From assembly GCA_003210795.1 (NCBI GenBank), contig QCUJ01000005.1, positions 3,539 through 67,538 of the forward strand: DNA of 64,000 nt, written 5' to 3'. The position numbers and the translations under genes were made by a program. Below, one piece after another: positions 43,936 through 50,854 of the stretch. The stretch comes from Synechococcus sp. AG-679-B05 (lineage in GTDB: Bacteria; Cyanobacteriota; Cyanobacteriia; PCC-6307; Cyanobiaceae). How positions within the stretch are numbered: the first letter of the stretch is position 1; every line of letters starts with the position of its first letter. The notes beneath the pieces are model-generated. The model was given only the letters and a program-made list of their open reading frames with translations. It was not told the DNA's origin and searched no databases.

Positions 43936-43959
43936 TTGTGGCCCAAATTGTGGCCCAAA
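43936..43959 (+). repeat. Perfect 12-bp tandem repeat TTGTGGCCCAAA x2 (candidate integrase arm sites)
   Basis: Read directly; lies 60 bp inside the island end. Confidence 0.75.
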
Positions 43960-44023
43960 GCGCCCTATCATTGGGTTGTCTCAAAGACTGGTTGTACCAG
44001 CGGATTTCAAGGGTTGAATGGCC

Positions 44024-44389
44024 ATGCCAAAAGCCACAGCAGCAGAGACCGCCGACCGCATCGAACAACTCCAGCGGATGATCCTGGCCGGGTCCAACAA
44101 CACCGAATGTTTCGCCTTTGCGAGACAAACATTGGGGGTGTCTAGGGCGCAGGGCTACAAGCTCGTGAAGCGGGCCTGGCAGCAGATTAAGCTCGACATC
44201 GATGAGACCGGCATCGACCGGCAAGAGCTGCTGTCGTGGTCAATCCAGACGCTCATCACCGCGTCAGGTCAAGCCATGAAGCAGAAGAACCCTGGCGCTG
44301 TGGCGTCCTGCATCCGCCAGCTCGATCACATGACCGGCACCGGATACAACAGCCAATGCGGCTACGGTTTCCACAGGCGCACCTACTGA
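44024..44389 (+). CDS. HTH protein resembling phage/satellite small terminase (TerS-like), copy 1
   Basis: HTH-like FARQTLGVSRAQGYKLVKRAW followed by helical C-terminus NPGAVASCIRQLDHMTG; paralog at 49128. ORF is solid; TerS label is inference. Confidence 0.7.
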   Translation: MPKATAAETADRIEQLQRMILAGSNNTECFAFARQTLGVSRAQGYKLVKRAWQQIKLDIDETGIDRQELLSWSIQTLITASGQAMKQKNPGAVASCIRQLDHMTGTGYNSQCGYGFHRRTY

Positions 44390-44904
44390 GTCGTCGCCAA
44401 GTTTTGCCATGAAACGCCTTCTTTTATTCGCTCTTTTGCAATAAGCTCCGGCGTTGGCTGCGCCAGTTGTTCTTGATTGCAAATCAGTTGCTCACTATGA
44501 CGGAGTAGTTGATTACCCGGAGAAGTTTGTAATCGATCTTTAAAATAGATCGATTGACCATTATTGGCCTGGGAATCCACTCTCCTCGCGATTTCATCAG
44601 GTTCCAATTATTCCAACAAGATTTAGTCGGGTGCTGAAAATTAGTGCTATTACGCCTACGACAATCAGTACTAATTTTTATACAATTGATCGCACAACCT
44701 TGATAGTTTATAGTAGATCTAAGACTAGTAGATGCCAGCTTGGTCTGACCTGCCTAAAGCGAAGTTTTGATAACGGCTTAAGCCGGCTTTCAAGCTTGTG
44801 TCTACGCTTTCATCTGCATAATCAAATTCTTGAGTTTTCCGGCAATCGCTTGCAAGAAATGATGCATGGGCTTATTTGTTTGAATTAGATTTTATGCATC
44901 GAAA

Positions 44905-45621
44905 TTGAAATTTGACTATTCAGGCTGGAGCTATGGAGGCCTTGTGCTCAAGGCCAAGGGAGGAGCTGGTCCAATCCCGATAATTACACCCGACGAATCT
45001 TCACTTGAGTATTCAAGTAGACACTTTTATATGGAAGGCAGGCTGAGAAGTGGTAGCGTTTCAGAGAATATTTATATAACCATGTATGGCGACTTTGACT
45101 TTACGACCGAGGAGAAGGCAAATAAGTCAACAGTAAACTCTTATGTAATCGTGACTGATAATTATGGCAGTGCGAGTTTGAGCAGGATGGGATCTTCGCT
45201 GGAAAGTATAATTGATGATCCTGCTTCCCTGAGGAAGAAGTGGCTTAGCAAGGACAATGACATTATTGGCACACCTGCCAATGACAAAATTGATGGATAC
45301 AAGGGAGATGATGAGATTATTGGTGGTGCTGGAAAAGACAAGTTGACTGGTGGTGAAGGCGATGATTATCTCGACGGGGGTGGAGATAAAGACATCTTAA
45401 AAGGAGGCAAGGGTTTAGACACTTTCGTTGTTAGGAATAGTGGTTCTGTCGTTATCAAAGATTTCAAAGAAGGCGAAGATTTAATCAAGCTGCGAGGTAC
45501 TTCGCTTTCGGATATATCGATAGTTCGTACAGGAAAGCACACATATATTGAGAATTTGGATGGCTACTGGCTTGCAAAGCTTAGGGGTTCGCTGATTCTG
45601 GACGATTCAGTTTTTGCTTAA
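44905..45621 (+). CDS. RTX-type calcium-binding repeat protein
   Basis: GGxGxD nonapeptide repeats (GYKGDD, GGAGKD, GGEGDD, GGKGLD) and DFKEGEDLI; start uncertain. Confidence 0.85.
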   Translation: MKFDYSGWSYGGLVLKAKGGAGPIPIITPDESSLEYSSRHFYMEGRLRSGSVSENIYITMYGDFDFTTEEKANKSTVNSYVIVTDNYGSASLSRMGSSLESIIDDPASLRKKWLSKDNDIIGTPANDKIDGYKGDDEIIGGAGKDKLTGGEGDDYLDGGGDKDILKGGKGLDTFVVRNSGSVVIKDFKEGEDLIKLRGTSLSDISIVRTGKHTYIENLDGYWLAKLRGSLILDDSVFA

Positions 45622-45707
45622 GCAACCAAAGGATCTTCATGAATGCATAGACCTGCTTTTTATCACTTTAATTGTATTAATATGTCTTAGCGGTCTTTCA
45701 TAAGCTC

Positions 45708-45794
45708 GCCTGCGCGAAGGCTTTCCGAACACTCTGCCGGCCTGAAGTTTAATAGCTGCGGGCATACGTCGTTATTGACGCATTGCTGGATAAG
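45708..45794 (+). pseudogene. Decayed 3' remnant of a third TerS-like gene plus its downstream flank
   Basis: 45761-45794 matches 49470-49503 at 31/34 nt; upstream reads AC....EHSAGLKFNS versus ACIRQLDHMTGTGYNS. Confidence 0.65.
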
Positions 45795-45812
45795 TCCCTT
45801 GAACAGTGTGGC

Positions 45813-45832
45813 GACGCAATACCGATTGCGAC
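45813..45832 (+). repeat. Dyad GACGCAA-TACCGA-TTGCGAC
   Basis: One of six copies in the island. Confidence 0.8.
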
Positions 45833-45953
45833 TGAAGTTTATAGCTGAAAACTTCTGCTTTTTTGTCTCTCCCTTGTTCTAATTGAATTTGGCTCCGTCA
45901 GAGGCTTGTGTAGCGTTGACCCGGGATTTTTAATTTGATTCACTTTGATATGG

Positions 45954-46396
45954 TTAAAGCCCCAGCGACTTCTTGCGAAGTTGTTGATACTCGTCTTCGC
46001 TGATAGCTCCACTATCACGCATTTCTTGGAGTTTTGTCAGATCAGCCTCGACTCCAGCGATATTGCCTGCCCCGATTGAACCGATCGGTCCTTGATCCTT
46101 AATCCCAGTGAGAATCTTCTGAGCAATTACATCGTTTTCATCCTTCACTCGCTTCTGAATGGTGAAGAGCTGAACAAGGGCAATAACCCCAGGAATAAGG
46201 TCCAGCAAAAAACTAAATAAATAACCGCTTTGTTGACGTTGCTGAGATAGAACTCATGAGCACCAATGCCTCCAGGAATCAGGCAAAGCAAAAGAGCTGT
46301 GGTGGGATCTTTCTTTTTGTCCTCATATCGACTGTTGAAGGACGCCTGCTGCGTCGGGGACAGCTGCTCGACCAGCTTCAAAGTCGATTCCTTCAT
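45954..46396 (-). pseudogene. TM2-domain + SHOCT membrane protein split by a 1-nt deletion
   Basis: KKDPTTALLLCLIPGGIGAHEFYL..FCWT in one frame; LIPGVIALVQL...LTKLQEMRDSGAISEDEYQQLRKKSL in another; junction near 46198. Confidence 0.8.
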
Positions 46397-46484
46397 CGTC
46401 AGTCGTTTGTCTTGAGTTTCTTCTAACAGCAGATTCGTTGATTGGGCTGGGCTTGATGTCGATTGCCTTGGTGCTTTAGTCCTC

Positions 46485-46535
46485 CGTGCTGCCGTGCTGT
46501 CGTGCTGTCGTGCTGTCGTGCTGTCGTGCTGTCGT
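46485..46535. repeat. 8-bp tandem repeat: CGTGCTGC + (CGTGCTGT)x5 + CGT
   Basis: Read directly. Confidence 0.95.
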
Positions 46536-46562
46536 AAAAACGGTTAAGGCAAGTCAGCGAAG

Positions 46563-46594
46563 GGGCTGGAGGCAATGCCCCCGCCCATTTTTTT
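46563..46594 (+). terminator. Candidate intrinsic terminator
   Basis: GGGCTGGAGGC-AAT-GCCCCCGCCC then A and T7; imperfect stem. Confidence 0.55.
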
Positions 46595-47039
46595 CATGAT
46601 AAAACACGCCCGGGAATTATTTAGACAAACATTGCTGTCAGCACAAACTACTTTTGCGGCCAGTTACCTATCCAAGGCAAGCAAAGAAAGGTCACCGAAA
46701 CTGTGAATAAAGATATACTTGCCATACTTATGCATGCTGATACAGGCAAAACATAATCTCTATTCTTTGGCGTAGATACAGGCATTTTCAAAGAACAACT
46801 TGCCTCATTAAATCATGACGCCTGTCCTTTAGGCGATCAATTACTGTCAACAATATGTCTTATTTGTATTTTATTTTATTCAGTTTTTATCATCGCTAAG
46901 TCTCATTTCCCCTTAGCACCACCATCCCAAGGCGATCGCTGCCCTCAAGGTCTTGGCACAGCTCATACGGCTGCTGAAGGTCAACTCATGACACCACGCG
47001 AAAACATCACGACTGACATCCAGCAGGTGCTGCTTGATG

Positions 47040-47273
47040 TCAGTCGGCATCACTCACCCTCAACTCAGGCCATCGGTCTAAACACTTGCTGAAGTCAATG
47101 TCCCAGCGTTCATCCTCGATGTTCTGATCACCATCCAGGAAGGCGTGGCAGGCCTCGAAATGAGTGTAGTTGGCGTAAGGGTCAGTACCAGGCCCATCAT
47201 CAGCCTTGGCAGCAGTTGGAACGAGACCCAGTCCAAGTGCCAAGAGCAGCCAGAAGAACTTCTTCACCATCAC
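47040..47273 (-). CDS. Small secreted acidic protein with two Cys
   Basis: Signal peptide KKFFWLLLALGLGLVPTAAKA followed by a 53-aa acidic mature part. Confidence 0.75.
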   Translation of the reverse strand: MMVKKFFWLLLALGLGLVPTAAKADDGPGTDPYANYTHFEACHAFLDGDQNIEDERWDIDFSKCLDRWPELRVSDAD

Positions 47274-47276
47274 TAT

Positions 47277-47369
47277 TCAGTCGTGCTGCGGTTTATCGCT
47301 GTAAAAAATGCTGACCATCACAAACAAGAAACCGCACAGAGGCAAAATAATCGGGTCGATCAAGGTCAA
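47277..47369 (-). CDS. Possible 30-aa membrane peptide
   Basis: TTG-start MTLIDPIILPLCGFLFVMVSIFYSDKPQHD ending 3 nt before the next gene. Confidence 0.3.
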   Translation of the reverse strand: MTLIDPIILPLCGFLFVMVSIFYSDKPQHD

Positions 47370-47725
47370 TATTCAGGTTTTCTATTGATAGGTGAGTAGA
47401 AATCAAATTGACCGAACTGGCACAGTCCACTTTTTGAAAAGCAAATCAAAACCGAATTAATACGGTCAAAAAGTGCCATCTTGTACCTGCCTAAGCTGGC
47501 CCATCAGAGAAGAGCGCAGTTAATCCACCTGAATCAATGCCAAATGCGAGACATAACGGATACGTGGCGGAAGAGGAGATGGGCTGGGCTCACGAAGCAA
47601 ACGGAATCGATTCTCCCGAGACTCCGAAAAAAGAATCAGCAACTCTGGAATAGACAAAAATAAAGAAGTGAAGTGTCTTTAGGCCGCCGACTACAAAGGC
47701 TGCATAGAGTATTACACCTCGAATT

Positions 47726-47790
47726 GACGTAATAACCGTGTTGCGACTGGAAGTTGTTGCGTCAGTTTTTGACGCAATAAAGCTTGCGAC
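47726..47790 (+). repeat. Compound site: two GACGYAA-N8/N6-TTGCGAC dyads plus an extra TTGCGTCA half-site
   Basis: 47726-47747 and 47771-47790 read directly. Confidence 0.8.
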
Positions 47791-47881
47791 AGTTTACTTG
47801 GAAAAGTAGTCTCATAAAGAAGAGTTGTCGCTTCAGCTGCACTTGGCTAGGACAGGAATATTCTTTTTTTCCGATTGAACG

Positions 47882-48208
47882 ATGCTGGCGCTCATCGTCA
47901 TTCCGCTAATGCTTGGCGCCTTTGGTTCAGGCGTTGTTATTTCTTTGTTCTCTCTTTATTTGGGATGGAGAACGGGGCCAAGGATTTCTAAAAATAATTT
48001 AATTTGCTTCTTAGGTGCTGCTTTGGGGGTATTTCTTTGGGTCACACTGTTATTACCTTTTACTGACACATCACTTACTGCGAATAACCTGGATGAACTG
48101 CCAATATTTTTGCTTTCTTTGGTTCTTATTGGAGCTACCCCCTTAGCGGCATTCCCTGCAATCTTGTTTTATGGCGGATCTGGCAAGAAAGCACGGATAC
48201 CTGAATAG
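47882..48208 (+). CDS. Hypothetical 3-TM membrane protein
   Basis: 108-aa hydrophobic ORF with ATG start, flanked by dyads. Confidence 0.65.
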   Translation: MLALIVIPLMLGAFGSGVVISLFSLYLGWRTGPRISKNNLICFLGAALGVFLWVTLLLPFTDTSLTANNLDELPIFLLSLVLIGATPLAAFPAILFYGGSGKKARIPE

Positions 48209-48247
48209 GCAAAAATATCCTGTAATACCGCTTGTGACCGTTTGCCT

Positions 48248-48269
48248 GACGTAAATCCGTTATTGCGAC
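48248..48269 (+). repeat. Dyad GACGTAA-ATCCGTTA-TTGCGAC
   Basis: Read directly. Confidence 0.8.
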
Positions 48270-48304
48270 TGATGCGGATGAATATGTCGTCAGAAAAGCT
48301 GCTT

Positions 48305-48793
48305 TCAGTTTGTCTTGGCTTGATGCTTTTCTGGTACTGGAAAGTTTCTGCCTATTGCTCTTGAATAGAGAATTGCCTTGCCTTGGACAATCCATTGGGC
48401 GAATGTATTGCTGTTCGGGCCAGGCCAGTATCTGTACTTATTGATGAATGGATAGGTTTCTGGAGAAGATTCAATTTTCTTGATTATCGAGACAGCCTCT
48501 TCATCTATCCATTTTTGAATTAATTGCGATGGCCCGTTGCCAACGCCTTGGTAGGGATCCAGAAGATTCTTATGAAGGTGGCCCCAGCATGAATCGTTGC
48601 AGTGGGCATGTTGCCATATTTCCCATCTATCACATTTATGAATCTTGTTGTCCTCAACGGTATGAAATACCAGTAGCCAATAGTGGTCGGCAAAGATTCC
48701 TGGAAAGCTGGGGATTTTTGCGGTGCGAAGCTCGACTCTGCCCAAGCTTGCCTCCTTAGGCAATTGTTCTTTTGCGAAGGCTAATTGCTTCAA
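48305..48793 (-). CDS. DUF3750-like protein
   Basis: FADHYW, DRWEIW, YPF..KYRYWPGPNSNTFAQW. Confidence 0.75.
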   Translation of the reverse strand: MKQLAFAKEQLPKEASLGRVELRTAKIPSFPGIFADHYWLLVFHTVEDNKIHKCDRWEIWQHAHCNDSCWGHLHKNLLDPYQGVGNGPSQLIQKWIDEEAVSIIKKIESSPETYPFINKYRYWPGPNSNTFAQWIVQGKAILYSRAIGRNFPVPEKHQAKTN

Positions 48794-48841
48794 GAGTGGT
48801 TGTCAGTTGCCTTCAGTTCCTCTTAATGAAGAAGAGGCAAT

Positions 48842-48912
48842 AAAAAGGAGGACGGTTACTCACCAGCCCCCCTATTATTGATTGCTAGGGGACCCCTCGC
48901 ACTTATATTTTA
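48842..48912 (-). promoter_or_regulatory. Candidate -10 box followed by a ~60-nt structured leader or sRNA with terminator
   Basis: Minus strand: TAAAAT (48912-48907), then GCGAGGGG-T-CCCCTAGC...TAGGGGGGCTGGT-GAGT-AACCGTCCTCC-T5. Confidence 0.5.
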
Positions 48913-48990
48913 GTATGGATTATTATTTATTTTTGGGTTGTTGCTTAGGGAAGCATCCCCTTATGAATGATCTCCTTTGAACTTCGGAAC

Positions 48991-49010
48991 GTCGCAACGG
49001 TTCTTGCGTC
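48991..49010 (-). repeat. Dyad in reverse orientation (GACGCAA-GAACCG-TTGCGAC on the minus strand)
   Basis: Plus strand GTCGCAACGGTTCTTGCGTC, ~120 bp upstream of TerS-like copy 2. Confidence 0.8.
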
Positions 49011-49127
49011 CACTCACCGGCGTTACCCCGACGCATTGCCCGACGTGTTGCCGTTTTTCACTGGGATCGTTTTGTTCACCCACCGCGAGCGGATCGCCCA
49101 CCTGCTGAACACGGAACCTGACTGGCC

Positions 49128-49487
49128 ATGGCACGAGCCACCGCAACAGAAACAGTGGAGCGGGTTGAACACCTCCAGGGAATGATCCTGGCCGGGCGGT
49201 CCAACACTGTTTGTCTCACTTTTATGAGACAAACGTGGGGGGTCTCCAGAGCACAGGGTTACCAGCTGCTCACGAAGGCGTGGGCGCAGCTCAAGGACGA
49301 CATCGACGAAGCCGGCATCGATCGGCAGGAGCTGCTGTCGTGGTCAATCCAGACGTTAATGGCCGCGGCTGGTCAGGCAAAGCAGCAGAAAAATCCTGGA
49401 GCTGTGGTGGCCTGCATTCGCCAGCTCGATCACATGACCGGTACTGGATACAACAGCCATCGCGGTCATGGCATGCGTCGTTATTGA
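49128..49487 (+). CDS. HTH protein resembling small terminase (TerS-like), copy 2
   Basis: Shares GVSRAQGY, GIDRQELLSWSIQTL, QKNPGAV and CIRQLDHMTGTGYNS with copy 1. Confidence 0.7.
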   Translation: MARATATETVERVEHLQGMILAGRSNTVCLTFMRQTWGVSRAQGYQLLTKAWAQLKDDIDEAGIDRQELLSWSIQTLMAAAGQAKQQKNPGAVVACIRQLDHMTGTGYNSHRGHGMRRY

Positions 49488-49531
49488 CGCATAGCTGGAT
49501 AGGGTCCGCAGAACTTTGGTCCAGCTCAGCC

Positions 49532-49726
49532 GTGATCAAGAACCCGATTCTTCAAAAGGCTTGGAAGGTCATCACCTGGCGGTGGCGGCTGCAGCTTGCC
49601 ATCAATGCGCCCTTTGGACTGCTTTGGTTGGCAGACAAGACCAACCCGACTGTGCATGCCTTTGATATGTCAGTGCTTGTGGCACTTCATGCCGAGTGGC
49701 TCGCTCCAATGATGGGTATTGCTTGA
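49532..49726 (+). CDS. Small hypothetical protein
   Basis: GTG-start MIKNPILQKAWKVITWRWRLQLAINAPF...EWLAPMMGIA directly after copy 2. Confidence 0.55.
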   Translation: MIKNPILQKAWKVITWRWRLQLAINAPFGLLWLADKTNPTVHAFDMSVLVALHAEWLAPMMGIA

Positions 49727-49864
49727 GTGCACAGACGCCCGAACGCGGCTGTGAAGTAATGAGGCATGTGTCTCGCAGCACCGGCGTCGCCCTCGTCCCC
49801 ATCAGGGTCCCGACACCAAGCACCACGAGCACCAAAAGCAGCATCCACTTCATCGTTAATCCCC

Positions 49865-49955
49865 AAAAAAGCCTCCCTTGAAGGAGGCGATGGAAGCTTG
49901 AGGTCACATGGTGAGGACTTCAGCTGGTGGTGGATCAACAGGTCAGTGAGCCCTC
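49865..49955 (-). ncRNA. Candidate small RNA ending in a strong intrinsic terminator
   Basis: Minus strand GCCTCC-TTCAAG-GGAGGC-T6 at 49888-49865 with no convincing gene directly upstream; 5' end is a guess. Confidence 0.35.
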
Positions 49956-49963
49956 ACTCGTTT

Positions 49964-49983
49964 GACGTAACTGCACTTGCGCC
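49964..49983 (+). repeat. Degenerate dyad GACGTAA-CTGCAC-TTGCGCC
   Basis: One mismatch from consensus. Confidence 0.6.
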
Positions 49984-50025
49984 GCCAACCAAACCCGATT
50001 CAATCCGATTATTCGAGCTTTGAGC

Positions 50026-50211
50026 ATGAGTCACGCTCAAAATCTCTTCGCACTGACCGCCATCGCATAACTCCGAAATTCGGTGGGGGAGGCCAATTGG
50101 CAAACGATGGTCAACATGCGAAAGGCCGCGTACCTGCATCAGATCGTCGAGTGCATGCTCACCGAGCAGGTCTCGTCGCTTCCTGACCCCTATTCACCAA
50201 ACCCGGTTTGA
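50026..50211 (+). pseudogene. Small ORF with an internal TAA
   Basis: MSHAQNLFALTAIA*LRNSVGEANWQTMVNMRKAAYLHQIVECMLTEQ...; stop at 50068-50070. Confidence 0.35.
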
Positions 50212-50217
50212 TCCGGT

Positions 50218-50490
50218 TCAGCGAACCGGTGGCCTGCACCTAACCCAGCCTGTTTTCTGCATGATCTTCCATGCCTCAACCGCGTTGTGGCGAAGCATCC
50301 GCCGTCGGGTCTGCGGTACTGGTGGACGAGGTGGAACCCATCGATAAGTACGTACCGCGACCCACTTGCAATGCGCTGATGGAGTGTCTGGTTTGAAATG
50401 ACAAACCAGCTGCTGTTGCTCGTTCACAAGCCACCCCTCGCCGTCTGGTTTTTCCGGCGATTCATTGATGGAGCGGTCTTTGAGCGGCAT
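50218..50490 (-). CDS. DUF1651-like picocyanobacterial protein
   Basis: GEGWLVN, RRRMLRHNAVEAW..MQKTGWVRC.P. Confidence 0.75.
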   Translation of the reverse strand: MPLKDRSINESPEKPDGEGWLVNEQQQLVCHFKPDTPSAHCKWVAVRTYRWVPPRPPVPQTRRRMLRHNAVEAWKIMQKTGWVRCRPPVR

Positions 50491-50499
50491 GGCGTTGAA

Positions 50500-50658
50500 T
50501 CAACTCAAGTCAGGCATGAGCTGGGAGACCTCCGGCATCGGGTCCGGCTTTCCTTCGGCGATGGCTTTGGCGCGCGTGTAAAACCAGCTTTCGGTTGTGC
50601 CGTTGGCTTCCATCTTTTCGACGATGGCTTTCCAGTTGCTGATCTCGGCTGGATCCAT
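50500..50658 (-). CDS. Conserved small hypothetical protein
   Basis: MDPAEISNWKAIVEKMEANGTTESWFYTRAKAIAEGKPDP; ends 9 nt before DUF1651. Confidence 0.7.
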   Translation of the reverse strand: MDPAEISNWKAIVEKMEANGTTESWFYTRAKAIAEGKPDPMPEVSQLMPDLS

Positions 50659-50731
50659 GGAAGAAATTCGATTCAGCAAGTGCTGGAAATCTCCCGACGC
50701 TTCCGTGAGCACGTCTGGTCGTGATGTCCCC

Positions 50732-50768
50732 ACCCCGATTGATCGGGGTCACCCGGATCGAACCGGGT
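50732..50768. promoter_or_regulatory. Two adjacent 18-bp palindromes in a divergent intergenic region
   Basis: ACCCCGATTGATCGGGGT (50732-50749) and ACCCGGATCGAACCGGGT (50751-50768). Confidence 0.6.
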
Positions 50769-50854
50769 GGAAGAAGGGCAAGCCGGATGTTCGGATTAAT
50801 ACCTTGGGATCTAGCTGTTACAGCGAGGATTTGACCATCTCTGAATGCATTTAG

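Noticed and set aside
46485-46535. Possible CRISPR array
   Set aside because: Contiguous 8-bp units without spacers; no cas genes in the window.
48967-49185. 72-aa ORF upstream of TerS-like copy 2
   Set aside because: It overlaps copy 2 out of frame and runs through the dyad site; I have no independent support, although a gene remnant cannot be excluded.
45813-49983. Dyads as classical integron attC sites
   Set aside because: They lack RYYYAAC/GTTRRRY ends, cargo genes are not co-oriented, and no intI is present.
50750-50769. tRNA T-arm-like fragment (minus strand CCCGGTTCGATCCGGG) as a further att site
   Set aside because: The loop is 6 nt and no other tRNA elements flank it; better explained as one of the 18-bp dyads.
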